64,000 nucleotides of DNA, taken from positions 22,078 to 86,077 of the forward strand of contig CAMJJL010000002.1 of assembly GCA_946406145.1 (NCBI GenBank), read 5' to 3'. The position numbers were made by a program, and so were the translations under genes. This DNA is from an uncultured Clostridia bacterium (GTDB lineage: Bacteria > Bacillota > Clostridia > Oscillospirales > Acutalibacteraceae). A model generated the notes under the pieces. That model was not told the origin of the DNA. It saw only the letters and a list, made by a program, of their open reading frames with translations, and did no database searches. Shown here in pieces: positions 10,125-20,126 of this stretch; position 1 is the first letter of the stretch, and every line of letters starts with the position of its first letter.

Positions 10125-10138
10125 GTAAAACGTTTAAC
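10125..10138. promoter_or_regulatory. Second LacI-type operator-like palindrome
   Basis: GTAAAACGTTTAAC has one mismatch and the same AAAACGTTT core as 9970-9985. It lies just downstream of the putative -10. Confidence 0.45.
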
Positions 10139-10228
10139 TTGGTTGTCCCGGGCAGAATCTGACGGGCGGGACGCCTTGCGGACGCGCTACACAAAACCAT
10201 CTCAATCATTTTATTATCAGAAAGGAAA

Positions 10229-11494
10229 ATGCAAATGAAAAAGAGAGTTCTCGCAATCTTATTGGCACTCGTTCTGGTCCTCGCACTGGCAGCCTGCTCC
10301 AACGGCGGCAGCAGTGACAGTGGCTCCTCAGGCGGCAAAACAGCTATCACCATCTTCAACTCCAAAATGGAGATCCAGAGCCAGATGGAAGAAATGGCTA
10401 AGAAGTATTCAGAGGCTAAAGGCGTCGACGTTGAAGTCTACTATTCCTCTGACACGGTCGCAGCTCATCTGTCCACCCGCTATGCTTCCAACGATCCCTA
10501 TACCATCTCTATGGTTGACGCGAAGGATGTTTATTCTCTCGCGAAAGAGCACGCAATCGATCTTTCCGATCAGGATTGGGTAAAGGATACCACTCAGGCG
10601 ATCGCGATCGACGGCAAAACCTACGGCTTCCCGGTTTGTGTAGAGGCTCGCGGTATCATCTACAATGCGGACGCTATTAAGAAGGCTACCGGCGCTGACT
10701 TTGACCCCACCACTGTCAAGACCACCGCTGATCTGAAGGCTATCGCCGAGAAATGCGGCACCGGCGTCATGAAAGAAGACTGGTCTCTGGCAGCTCACTA
10801 CCTCGCAGAGGTTTATGAGCAGCATGACGATCCCGATGCATTCATCGCGGGTATCAAAGACGGCTCCATCAAGCTCGCTGACGATCAGAAGTTCAACGCT
10901 TTAATGGACACCTTTGATGTTCTCAAGGAAAACAACTACGCGAAAGACGCTGCTATCTCCGCAGAGCGCGAAGTAACTGAGCAAAAGCTCGCTGAAGGCG
11001 AGATCGGCTTCATGTTCGGCGGCAACTGGGATTGGTCCGTCATCAACGCTTATGACTATTCCAAGAACATGGGTATCATGCCTGTTCCCAACGACATGAA
11101 CGACGGTTCTTCCGAGAAGCTGGTCGGCGGCGGTTCCAAGTACTTCTTCATCGATTCTTCCGACAACACCAGCGACGCACAGCGTCAGGCCGCTAAGGAC
11201 TTCCTGAACTGGCTCGTCAGCGACGCCGAAGGTCAGGACTTCATCGTTAACCAGTGCGCTCTGGTTCCCGCTTACTCCAACATCACTCTCGACGTTAAGG
11301 ATCCGCTGGGCGCTTCCGTTAAGAAGTATGCTGATGCCAACGCTCTGATCCCCAACTACAACTATCTGCCCGATGATCATTATGCTAAGTGCGGCGCTAT
11401 CTTCCAAAAGTATCTGGCAGGCGAAATCGATCGTGCAGCTTTCGCTGAGCAGGTTACTGATTATTGGAAGACCGCTGAGGTCGGCGCTCACTAA
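10229..11494 (+). CDS. Sugar ABC transporter substrate-binding lipoprotein
   Basis: 421-aa ORF with signal peptide and lipobox LALAAC followed by a Ser/Gly linker. It is followed by two permease genes. Confidence 0.9.
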   Translation: MQMKKRVLAILLALVLVLALAACSNGGSSDSGSSGGKTAITIFNSKMEIQSQMEEMAKKYSEAKGVDVEVYYSSDTVAAHLSTRYASNDPYTISMVDAKDVYSLAKEHAIDLSDQDWVKDTTQAIAIDGKTYGFPVCVEARGIIYNADAIKKATGADFDPTTVKTTADLKAIAEKCGTGVMKEDWSLAAHYLAEVYEQHDDPDAFIAGIKDGSIKLADDQKFNALMDTFDVLKENNYAKDAAISAEREVTEQKLAEGEIGFMFGGNWDWSVINAYDYSKNMGIMPVPNDMNDGSSEKLVGGGSKYFFIDSSDNTSDAQRQAAKDFLNWLVSDAEGQDFIVNQCALVPAYSNITLDVKDPLGASVKKYADANALIPNYNYLPDDHYAKCGAIFQKYLAGEIDRAAFAEQVTDYWKTAEVGAH

Positions 11495-11550
11495 TCAACA
11501 ATTCGGTAATTTGTAATCAACTATTCCGACATTCCTTTTTTCTAAATGGC

Positions 11551-11595
11551 GGGGTGTTCACAGGCCGCTTGGGAACACCCCTCCGCTTTATTTAT
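11551..11595 (+). terminator. Putative intra-operon terminator or attenuator after the SBP gene
   Basis: 9-bp GC-rich stem GGGGTGTTC / GAACACCCC followed by a weak T-tract (TCCGCTTTATTTA). Confidence 0.4.
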
Positions 11596-11627
11596 AGCAA
11601 AGCGGCAGATTGGAATGAATTTTGTGT

Positions 11628-12488
11628 ATGAAACAAAATAAACTATCCTATAAAATTCAACAGTACCTGCTATTCGGCGGTCCGGGTACAGCGCTGTTTC
11701 TTGCGGTAGTTATTGTTCCGTTTATTTACGGTCTCTACCTTACCCTGACCAGCTGGGACGGCGTAAGTGCGGTCAAGCCCTTCGTAGGCTTCCAAAACTT
11801 CGTTGAAGCATTCAGCGACGGAGATTACTGGGCTGCAATGGGCCGCACGGTGATCTATTCCATCTTCGCCGTCGTCTTTATCAATATTCTCGCCTTTGGT
11901 CTGGCGTATCTCGTAACCCAGGGAATCAAAGGTCAAAACTTCTTCCGTGCCGGTTTCTTCGTACCGAACCTGATCGGCGGTATCGTACTCGGTTACGTTT
12001 GGAAGTTCGTATTTAACCGCGCTTTTGTCGCGATCTTCAACTCCACCTCTCTTCTCTCCACCACTGAGGGCGCCATGTTCTGTCTGATACTCGTATCGGT
12101 ATGGCAGTACGCCGGCTATATGATGTTGATTTATGTAGCGGGCTTCATGAGCGTATCGAAGGATGTTGAAGAAGCGTCGAGGATCGACGGCTGTACATCC
12201 GCTCAGGCGATGAAAAACGTCACCATCCCGTTGATGCGCTCCAGCTTCGTACAGTGCATCTTCCTGAGCATCACCCGCTGCTTCGTTGTATACGACGTCA
12301 ACCTGTCCTTGACCAACGGCGAACCATTCAAATCGTCGACCATGGCAGCGATGCACGTATATAACCAAGCGTTTACCTATAAGAATTACGGACTTGGCCA
12401 ATCGGAAGCGGTCATCCTCTTCCTCGTTTGCGCCATCGTCGGCGTGACTCAGGTTCTCATCGGTAAGCGAGGGGAGGTCGAAGCGTAA
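11628..12488 (+). CDS. Carbohydrate ABC transporter permease (MalF/UgpA-like)
   Basis: Multi-pass membrane ORF. ATG 11628 is preferred over the TTG at 11622. It lies next to the second permease. Confidence 0.85.
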   Translation: MKQNKLSYKIQQYLLFGGPGTALFLAVVIVPFIYGLYLTLTSWDGVSAVKPFVGFQNFVEAFSDGDYWAAMGRTVIYSIFAVVFINILAFGLAYLVTQGIKGQNFFRAGFFVPNLIGGIVLGYVWKFVFNRAFVAIFNSTSLLSTTEGAMFCLILVSVWQYAGYMMLIYVAGFMSVSKDVEEASRIDGCTSAQAMKNVTIPLMRSSFVQCIFLSITRCFVVYDVNLSLTNGEPFKSSTMAAMHVYNQAFTYKNYGLGQSEAVILFLVCAIVGVTQVLIGKRGEVEA

Positions 12489-13342
12489 TGACTGAAAACG
12501 CGAAAGCTGCCAGAAAGAAGAAGATCGCCCATGTAGTAATGTGGATCGTACTTCTAATCTTATTTGTATGCTTCATATTCCCCTTCTTGCTTGTCGTTAT
12601 CAACGTGTTCAAAACCAAGGGAGATATCACCGCGGATCCGCTCTCACTGATCGGTGCGCACGGATTCACGCTCCAGAACTTCCCCGAAGCGATGAAGAAG
12701 ATGAACTTCCTCACGGTATTCGGAAACTCTCTGATTATCACCGTATGCTCGACGATCCTGACGATCGTTCTCTCGTCAATGACAGCATTTGTTATTGTCC
12801 GAAACGGCAGATGGAAGCTCTGCACGCTGATCTTCTCGCTGATGATCGCGTCGATGGTCATTCCGTTCCAGGTTCTGATGGTTCCGTTGGTTTCTGTATA
12901 CGGTCCCATTTTGAACTCCCGCATCACCCTGATACTGATGCACGTCGGTTTTTCGATGTCTATGGCGGTATTTATGTTCCACGGGTCGATCAAGACAAAT
13001 ATTCCCTTAGAGCTTGAGGAGGCGGCTACGATAGACGGCTGCAACCGTTGGCAGACTTACTGGAAAGTAGTTTTCCCCCTGCTCAAGCCCACCATCGCAA
13101 CGGTAGGAATCATCAACGCTATGGCGTATTGGAACGACTACCTGTTGCCCAGCCTGGTTCTCAAGAAGAAGGAACTTTATACGATCCCGATCGCTACCCA
13201 GGCTTTCTATGGCACCTATTCAACAGATATTGGTTTGATTATGGCGGCTCTGCTGCTTGCCATGCTCCCCATTTTGATTCTGTACGTATTCCTGCAGCGC
13301 TACATCGTTGAGGGCGTTACCTCCGGCGCTGTCAAAGGATAA
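12488..13342 (+). CDS. Carbohydrate ABC transporter permease (MalG/UgpE-like)
   Basis: 284-aa membrane ORF whose start overlaps the upstream stop (TAATG). It has an EAA-loop-like LELEEAATIDGC. Confidence 0.85.
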   Translation: MTENAKAARKKKIAHVVMWIVLLILFVCFIFPFLLVVINVFKTKGDITADPLSLIGAHGFTLQNFPEAMKKMNFLTVFGNSLIITVCSTILTIVLSSMTAFVIVRNGRWKLCTLIFSLMIASMVIPFQVLMVPLVSVYGPILNSRITLILMHVGFSMSMAVFMFHGSIKTNIPLELEEAATIDGCNRWQTYWKVVFPLLKPTIATVGIINAMAYWNDYLLPSLVLKKKELYTIPIATQAFYGTYSTDIGLIMAALLLAMLPILILYVFLQRYIVEGVTSGAVKG

Positions 13343-13483
13343 TTTCTGTTTTCATGCTTTCCTTCTCCTTTTCAAGAGTAAACGCCGGTTAACGCCGCAG
13401 CTATCTGATATCGTGATGTCAGTTTAACCGGCGTATACTCGGGGGAAGACAAAGCAAAACATGGGATAAGGAGGTCCCGCTGG

Positions 13484-14161
13484 ATGAAAAAAATATTTAA
13501 ATCCGACAGTCCCATCATGAAGGCGCTGACAATCGCGGCAGATCTTCTTATTCTGAATTTGCTGACCATGGTTCTTTGTATTCCCATCATCACGATGGGC
13601 CCCGCCGTCACAGCCATGAACGATATCGTCATTCACATCGTCCGCGGCGAAGAAGGCTACACCGTAAAACCGTATTTCCAATCCTTTAAGGCGAATTTTA
13701 AGCAGGGCATGATTCTGGGGCTGATACTGGCGGCCGCAGCCGGGATCCTCTATCTGGATTATCTTGCTGCGCAGACGTACATTCCCATTATGAGAGCTCC
13801 GATCATCGCGATCGGCGTCATCATCCTGGCGATCGCGTTTTATGCGTTCGGTATGCTTGCCCGCTATGAGAATACGCTCCGCGGCACGATGAAAAATGCC
13901 GCGATGCTGGCAGTGGGGAATTTTCCCCGCACTCTGTTTATGGTCGTATGCGCCGTTGGATTGTGGTTCGTATGCATCCATTTCTATCAGTTCGGAATAC
14001 CGATTTTACTGTTGTTCGGCCTTTCGCTCCCGTGCTATGTGAACATTCTGCTTTTGAACGGAGTTTTCCGTAAGCTGGACGGAGAAGAGGAGCCAGAAGA
14101 CGAAGAAGAAGGCGAAGCAAATAACAGCAAGCTTTGGAAAAAGTTCTATCAAAAGAAATAA
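13484..14161 (+). CDS. YesL-family (DUF624) membrane protein
   Basis: 225-aa membrane ORF with RBS AAGGAGG. The N-terminus MKKIFKSDSPIMKALTIAADLLILNLL is typical of DUF624 proteins found in sugar ABC loci. It has an acidic C-terminal tail. Confidence 0.7.
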   Translation: MKKIFKSDSPIMKALTIAADLLILNLLTMVLCIPIITMGPAVTAMNDIVIHIVRGEEGYTVKPYFQSFKANFKQGMILGLILAAAAGILYLDYLAAQTYIPIMRAPIIAIGVIILAIAFYAFGMLARYENTLRGTMKNAAMLAVGNFPRTLFMVVCAVGLWFVCIHFYQFGIPILLLFGLSLPCYVNILLLNGVFRKLDGEEEPEDEEEGEANNSKLWKKFYQKK

Positions 14162-14178
14162 ACCATAAGGAAGGAATT

Positions 14179-15648
14179 ATGCCTAGTATTCTTCTTTCCC
14201 GTGCGCGTGATTATGAAACCGAGCACCTTTTTGATGTGCCGCCTGCGCATCTCCCGCGTTTTCATGTAACGGGAGGCGTCGGCTGGATCAACGACCCAAA
14301 CGGCTTTTCGCTGTATCGGGATGAATATCATTTGTTTTTTCAGTATAATCCCTATGATGTATATTGGGATACCATGCATTGGGGACACGTCAAGACCCGG
14401 GATTTCATCCGCTGGGAACGCCTCCCCTGTGCGCTGGCTCCGGACAAAAGCTATGATGAATTCGGTTGCTTTTCCGGCAGCGCACTTGAGCTTAGGGACG
14501 GACGTCACCTTCTGATGTATACCGGCGTGAGCAAGACGGACGACGGACAAGAGTTCCAGACCCAGTGTCTTGCCTTCGGCGATGGCCTCGATTATGAGAA
14601 ATACGAGAACAATCCGGTCATCGGTCCGGAACTGCTTCCTCCCGGAGGGAGTCACGTTCACTTTCGCGATCCTAAGATCTGGCAGGAAGGCGAGAAATTT
14701 TATGTCGTAACGGGTAATCTCAGCGCAGATGACAACGGAGCGGTGTTGCTGTTTGAAAGCGACGACGCCCTCAACTGGCGTTTCGTAAACACGGTAGCAG
14801 CGTCGGAAAACCGACTGGGTAGGATGTGGGAGTGTCCCGATCTGTTCCGGTTGGATGGAAAAGACGTATTGATTGTCAGTCCGCAGGAGATGAGTACAGA
14901 GGGAATGGAGTTCCTGTACGGAAATACCACTCTGTACCTGATCGGAGAGCTTTCCGAGGACGGTAAGCTGCTGAGAGAATCGGAGCATACGATTGATTAC
15001 GGACTGGATTTTTATGCGCCTCAAACGGTTCTTACAGAAGACGGCAGGCGCGTGATGATCGCGTGGATGCAGTATTGGAACAGCGTGGATGTCCGTCCCG
15101 TTGACGATCTGCCCTTCTTCGGCCAGATGACGCTTCCGCGCGAGCTGAATGTCCGCGACGGAAGACTGATCCAGAATCCTGTCAGAGAGCTCGAAAGCTA
15201 TCGCTCACAGCACGTTGCTTATGCCGACGTTCCCCTGAACGGCAAAACAGCCTTCCACGATGTGAAAGGCAGATGCCTTGATCTTACCGTAGATATCCGA
15301 CCGGATGATAACGCGCTTTACAAAAGCGTCACCGTCTGTCTTGCCGAGGGAGATGGCTATGCGGTCACCGTAAGCTACGATCCCGAAAAAGGCACCGTCC
15401 TTGTGGACAGGAGCCGCGGCGGATGGCCTGAGAACGTTATAAGTCGGCGGGAATTCGCTGTTCGTGACAGAGAAGGCGCGATCACACTTCGCTTCATCCT
15501 CGACCGATACAGCATAGAGCTGTTTGTCAACGAGGGAGAGCAGGCGGCGACTTTTGCGATCTTTTCTCCCGAGTACGCCGACGGGATCAGCTTCGGATCC
15601 GAGGGCGATGCCACTATCACCGTCGAACAGTACACACTGGATATTTAA
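14179..15648 (+). CDS. GH32 beta-fructofuranosidase / sucrose-6-phosphate hydrolase
   Basis: Has the GH32 motifs WINDPNG, FRDPK and WECPD. ATG 14179, preceded by AAGGAAGGA, is preferred over the track start 14134, which overlaps the YesL gene. Confidence 0.9.
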   Translation: MPSILLSRARDYETEHLFDVPPAHLPRFHVTGGVGWINDPNGFSLYRDEYHLFFQYNPYDVYWDTMHWGHVKTRDFIRWERLPCALAPDKSYDEFGCFSGSALELRDGRHLLMYTGVSKTDDGQEFQTQCLAFGDGLDYEKYENNPVIGPELLPPGGSHVHFRDPKIWQEGEKFYVVTGNLSADDNGAVLLFESDDALNWRFVNTVAASENRLGRMWECPDLFRLDGKDVLIVSPQEMSTEGMEFLYGNTTLYLIGELSEDGKLLRESEHTIDYGLDFYAPQTVLTEDGRRVMIAWMQYWNSVDVRPVDDLPFFGQMTLPRELNVRDGRLIQNPVRELESYRSQHVAYADVPLNGKTAFHDVKGRCLDLTVDIRPDDNALYKSVTVCLAEGDGYAVTVSYDPEKGTVLVDRSRGGWPENVISRREFAVRDREGAITLRFILDRYSIELFVNEGEQAATFAIFSPEYADGISFGSEGDATITVEQYTLDI

Positions 15649-15843
15649 AACTATATGATTTCAATCTATAATCCAATGGCGAGCGATCACTCCACAATAA
15701 TGAGCGTTCGACCATAAAAAGAAGGAGGATTATTTCCGTCAGCTTGCGGTGCGGCAGCGTGGAGACCTGTCGTAATGCGGTGCGTTTTACAGTAAACGCC
15801 GCGAGGCGGTTTGGAGGAGTCCTTATCGTCAGAGCAAGATTAC

Positions 15844-16992
15844 ATGTCAGAAGTTATATTAAAGGGAATCAAAAAAATCTATGACGGCGACGTAACAGCC
15901 GTTCACGATGTAAACATTCATATCAAAGATAAAGAGTTTATCGTACTGGTCGGTCCTTCCGGCTGCGGTAAGTCCACGACTCTCCGCATGGTAGCGGGTC
16001 TTGAGGATATTTCCGACGGAGAACTGTATATCGACGGTAAGTTATGCAACGACGTTGAACCCAAGGATCGCGATATCGCGATGGTATTCCAGTCCTACGC
16101 TCTTTATCCTCACATGACCGTCCGCGATAATCTCGGCTTCGCGCTGAAGCTGAAGAAGGTCCCGAAAGCGGAGATCAAGAGAAAGGTAGAAGAGGTCGCC
16201 CGCGTACTGGATATTACCCAGTATCTTGACCGTAAGCCGAAGGCTCTTTCCGGCGGTCAGCGCCAGCGTGTCGCGATAGGCAGAGCGATGGTTCGTGACC
16301 CGAAGGTATTCCTCATGGACGAGCCGCTGTCGAACCTTGACGCTAAGCTGAGAAACCAGATGCGCGCCGAGATCATCAAGCTTCGTTCCCGCATCAACAC
16401 GACCTTTATGTATGTAACGCATGACCAGACCGAGGCGATGACGCTGGGCGATCGTATCGTCATCATGAAGGACGGTTTTGTCAATCAGATCGGTACGCCT
16501 CAGGAGTTGTTCGGCAAGCCTGTCAACCTCTTTGTCGCCGGCTTTATCGGTATGCCTGTCATGAACTTTTTTGCAGGCTGCAACCTGTTGCTCGAGGGCG
16601 GCAAGTATTACGCAGAGATCCGCAACGTCAAGTTCGAGCTTGACGAGTTCCAGCAGAAGGCGCTCAAATCCCGCAATCAGAAGCCCTGCGAGATTATCTG
16701 CGGCATCCGTCCCCAGCATATCACTGTCGGTGAGGGCGAGCTGAGCGCAAAGGTCGAAGTCAGCGAGCTGCTCGGCACCGAGTTTAACCTCCACGCCCGT
16801 TCCGGCGACGATGAGGTCGTTATGGTCATTCCCACAATGGATCTCAATACCGACGTTTCTATGGGCGCTAACATCAAGTTTACCGTCCAGCCGAAGCTGA
16901 TCCAGCTCTTTGATAAGGAAACAAAGAACAACCTTATCTGGTACGATCCGGTTTCTGCTAAGGCAAACGCTCCGGAGTGCGCAAGGTATTAA
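15844..16992 (+). CDS. MsmK/UgpC-type sugar ABC transporter ATPase
   Basis: Has Walker A GPSGCGKST, signature LSGGQRQR and Walker B FLMDEPLS. ATG 15844 (MSEVILKGIKKIY) is preferred over TTG 15811. Confidence 0.9.
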   Translation: MSEVILKGIKKIYDGDVTAVHDVNIHIKDKEFIVLVGPSGCGKSTTLRMVAGLEDISDGELYIDGKLCNDVEPKDRDIAMVFQSYALYPHMTVRDNLGFALKLKKVPKAEIKRKVEEVARVLDITQYLDRKPKALSGGQRQRVAIGRAMVRDPKVFLMDEPLSNLDAKLRNQMRAEIIKLRSRINTTFMYVTHDQTEAMTLGDRIVIMKDGFVNQIGTPQELFGKPVNLFVAGFIGMPVMNFFAGCNLLLEGGKYYAEIRNVKFELDEFQQKALKSRNQKPCEIICGIRPQHITVGEGELSAKVEVSELLGTEFNLHARSGDDEVVMVIPTMDLNTDVSMGANIKFTVQPKLIQLFDKETKNNLIWYDPVSAKANAPECARY

Positions 16993-17033
16993 AGGATCAT
17001 TCTGATTAATTACCCTTTTCGGTTTTCGTTTGC

Positions 17034-17070
17034 GCCGGGCTGCTTCGGCAGCCCGGCACTCCTTTTATTA
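17034..17070 (+). terminator. Rho-independent terminator
   Basis: 10-bp stem GCCGGGCTGC / GCAGCCCGGC with a TTCG loop, followed by ACTCCTTTTATTA. Confidence 0.6.
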
Positions 17071-17096
17071 CGCAATAAACAATACGAGGTTTTGAA

Positions 17097-18065
17097 ATGG
17101 ACAAAATATTTGATGTAGTTGCCTTAGGCGAATTGTTGATCGATTTTACGCAGAACGGTGTGTCGGATCAAGGCAATCCACTGTTTGAAGCCTGCCCCGG
17201 CGGCGCTCCCTGTAATGTGCTCGCCATGCTGAAGAAGCTCGGCAAAAGCTGTGCCTTCATCGGCAAGGTCGGCGACGATATTTTCGGCAGAAGTCTGCGC
17301 GATACTGTCGCCTCGATCGGGATCGATACCGGATCGCTGCTGACGGATCGATTTGTGAATACAACGCTTGCGTTTGTGCAGACCTTTGAGAATGGAGACC
17401 GCGACTTTTCCTTTTATCGCAATCCGGGCGCGGATATGATGCTTACCCCGGATGAGATTCCCGCCGATCTGCTGCGGCGCGCGGAGATATTCCATTTCGG
17501 CACGCTGTCTATGACGCATGATACGGTGCGTGAGGCGACAAAAAAGGCGGTAGCGACCGCAAAAGAAAACGGCGCTTTGATATCATTTGACCCAAATCTT
17601 CGTCCTCCTTTGTGGAGTAGCCTGGATGCTGCCCGCGAGCAAATCGAATGGGGACTCTCACAGTGCGATATCCTGAAGATCGCCGATAACGAGATCGAGT
17701 TCCTGTCAGGCAGCGCGGATTTTGACAAGGGCGCGGCATATCTGAAAAAGAACTTTCCGAACATCCGCCTGATTAATATCACCGCCGGACCGGACGGAAG
17801 TTATTCCTATTACGCAGATCAGCGGGTATATGTGCCCGGCTTCCGGCTCGGCGGAACGATCGAAACCACCGGCGCGGGGGATACGTTCTGCGCGTGTATT
17901 CTCGCGTGTGTATTGGAGAAAGGTCTTGACGGTTTAACGGAGAACGATCTCCGGCGCTTTCTGCGCTTCTCAAACGCAGCGGCATATTTGGTTACCACCA
18001 AAAAGGGAGCGATCCGCTCGATGCCCGAACGTAGTCAGATCGACGCGATCCTTGCAGTAAACTGA
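17097..18065 (+). CDS. PfkB-family fructokinase
   Basis: 322-aa ORF with the PfkB motif TTGAGDTFCA and an N-terminal GELLIDF. It sits in a sucrose/fructan context. Confidence 0.85.
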   Translation: MDKIFDVVALGELLIDFTQNGVSDQGNPLFEACPGGAPCNVLAMLKKLGKSCAFIGKVGDDIFGRSLRDTVASIGIDTGSLLTDRFVNTTLAFVQTFENGDRDFSFYRNPGADMMLTPDEIPADLLRRAEIFHFGTLSMTHDTVREATKKAVATAKENGALISFDPNLRPPLWSSLDAAREQIEWGLSQCDILKIADNEIEFLSGSADFDKGAAYLKKNFPNIRLINITAGPDGSYSYYADQRVYVPGFRLGGTIETTGAGDTFCACILACVLEKGLDGLTENDLRRFLRFSNAAAYLVTTKKGAIRSMPERSQIDAILAVN

Positions 18066-18135
18066 TCCGTCTTTTCGTTTTGCGACGATACTGATAACTG
18101 ATTTGCACATTACCGTATCAGGGAGAACGATAGTT

Positions 18136-19974
18136 ATGAAAAAGGATTATTCCAATGAACTCGGCATCCGCTTCAAAATACGCTATGACGAATTGAAGTG
18201 GCTCTATTATGAGCTGTATCATGATGATAAGCAGGGCTTTGATTATCTCTGCAAGCTGATAAAACAGTATTATACCGAACGCGACGAGGCTTTGAAAAAG
18301 CGTGACCGTGAACGTGAGCTGGACACCTATTGGTATCGCGGTAACGACATCGTCGGCATGATGCTCTATGTGGATAATTTTGCCAACAATCTCAACGGTG
18401 TGATCAAAAACATCGATTACTTCACCGAGAGCGGCGTCAACTACATCCATCTGATGCCCCTGCTCGACAGTCCCGAAGAAAACAGCGACGGAGGCTATGC
18501 GGTATCCGATTTCCGAAAGATTCAGCCTAAGCTCGGCACGATGGAAAATTTGCAAAAGCTGACAACCCTCTGTCATGAGCGCGGTATCAACTGCTGTCTG
18601 GACTTTGTGATGAATCACACCAGCGATGAGCACGCATGGGCAAAAGCGGCGCGTCAGGGCGATCCGGATGCCCGCAGCCACTATTTCTTTTTTGACAGCT
18701 GGGAGACGCCGAACGAATATGAAAGAACGGTCCCGCAGGTTTTCCCGACGACCGCGCCGGGGAACTTCACTCAGCTTGAAAGCGGAGAGATCGTGATGAC
18801 GACCTTCTATCCGTATCAGTGGGATCTGAATTACGCGAATCCAATGGTGTTCAACGATATGACAGCCAATATGCTATTCCTCGCCAACGCCGGCATAGAC
18901 GTTATCCGCCTTGACGCGGTGCCCTATATCTGGAAGGAGCTAGGCACCAGCTGCCGCAACCTGCCGCAGGTTCACAACATCGTGCGAATGATGCGCATTA
19001 TCTGTGAGATTGTGTGTCCGTCGGTTTTGCTGCTCGGCGAGGTCGTGATGGAACCCTCGATGGTTGCACCGTATTTCGGAACAGAGGAAAAGCCCGAGTG
19101 CCATATCTTGTATAACGTTACGACGATGGCGAGCATCTGGAATACCTATGCTACGCGTGACGTCCGCCTGCTGCGTAAACAGATTGACAAGGTCAGCAAA
19201 TTGCCGCCAAACTGTGTGTTCCTCAATTATTTGCGCTGCCACGATGATATCGGCTGGGGGTTGGATTATGACTTCCTTCGTTGTTTCGGCATGGACGAGA
19301 TACCTCATAAAAAATTCCTGAATGATTATTTTACCGGCAGATTCAAGGGCAGTACCGCGCGCGGAGAATTGTATAACGAAGATCAGATTTCACAGGACGC
19401 GCGTCTTTGCGGAACTGCTGCGAGCCTTTGCGGCATTGAGGCGGCGCTGTGGGACAAGGATGATAAGGCGCTCAGTGTCGCTATCGACGCTGATATTATG
19501 CTCCACGCATTTATGTTTTCCCTGAGCGGCATCCCCGTCATTTACAGCGGTGACGAGGTCGGTCAGCTGAACGACTATATGTATCATGCTGATATCAACA
19601 AGAAGTTTGACAGTCGTTATCTCCACCGCGGCAAATTTGACCGCAAGCTCGCCAAGAAACGCACCGATCCTGACAGCTATCAAGGCAGGATATTCAACTC
19701 TCTGAAGAAACTGGGCGAGGCGCGTGGAAAGAACAGGGCTTTCAAGCAATGGGCGAAGATATCGACCTTTGATACCGGCTCGGATAACGTTCTGGGATTT
19801 TTCCGCACGTACAAAGAGCAGAATCTTTTGGCGCTGTTCAATTTCTGTAACGAGGAGCGTACAGTCGAGTTTGACATGAACCTTTCCTACACCGATCTGT
19901 TGACCGGCACAAAGCATACAAAGCAGCAGATCACCCTCGGAGCTTACGGCTTCGTTTGGGCGCTGACAGAATAA
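18136..19974 (+). CDS. Amylosucrase-like GH13 glucosyltransferase
   Basis: Colinear, from recall, with Neisseria amylosucrase blocks: YVDNFAN, YIHLMPL, SDGGYAVSDFR, DFVMNHTSDEH, FYPYQWDLNY, DVIRLDAVPYIWK and GTSCRNLPQ. ATG 18136, after AGGGAGAA, is preferred over 18103. Confidence 0.8.
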   Translation: MKKDYSNELGIRFKIRYDELKWLYYELYHDDKQGFDYLCKLIKQYYTERDEALKKRDRERELDTYWYRGNDIVGMMLYVDNFANNLNGVIKNIDYFTESGVNYIHLMPLLDSPEENSDGGYAVSDFRKIQPKLGTMENLQKLTTLCHERGINCCLDFVMNHTSDEHAWAKAARQGDPDARSHYFFFDSWETPNEYERTVPQVFPTTAPGNFTQLESGEIVMTTFYPYQWDLNYANPMVFNDMTANMLFLANAGIDVIRLDAVPYIWKELGTSCRNLPQVHNIVRMMRIICEIVCPSVLLLGEVVMEPSMVAPYFGTEEKPECHILYNVTTMASIWNTYATRDVRLLRKQIDKVSKLPPNCVFLNYLRCHDDIGWGLDYDFLRCFGMDEIPHKKFLNDYFTGRFKGSTARGELYNEDQISQDARLCGTAASLCGIEAALWDKDDKALSVAIDADIMLHAFMFSLSGIPVIYSGDEVGQLNDYMYHADINKKFDSRYLHRGKFDRKLAKKRTDPDSYQGRIFNSLKKLGEARGKNRAFKQWAKISTFDTGSDNVLGFFRTYKEQNLLALFNFCNEERTVEFDMNLSYTDLLTGTKHTKQQITLGAYGFVWALTE

Positions 19975-19997
19975 AAAAGCTTTCATGAATCACAACA

Positions 19998-20027
19998 GGG
20001 ACGTCCGAATAGGGCGTCCCTATTTTA
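19998..20027 (+). terminator. Rho-independent terminator ending the sugar locus
   Basis: Stem GGGACG / CGTCCC followed by TATTTTA. Confidence 0.55.
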
Positions 20028-20098
20028 GGTATCAAAGACCCGAATATAGAAGAGCAATTTCAATAACAGATTGTAACTTTTTCGACTATGTTTTTCCA

Positions 20099-20126
20099 TT
20101 GACTTATTTTTCAGGTGAACTATAAT
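20099..20126 (+). promoter_or_regulatory. Near-consensus orphan sigma-A promoter
   Basis: TTGACT, a 16-nt spacer, then TATAAT. No ORF of 60 aa or more lies downstream before the att repeat. Confidence 0.4.

Noticed and set aside
13381-13432. Long-loop inverted repeat GCCGGTTAA...TTAACCGGC between the second permease and the YesL gene, considered as a terminator or riboswitch.
   Set aside because: The stem is short relative to its ~30-nt loop, and no T-tract follows. It lies inside an operon whose downstream genes clearly belong together. The evidence is insufficient.
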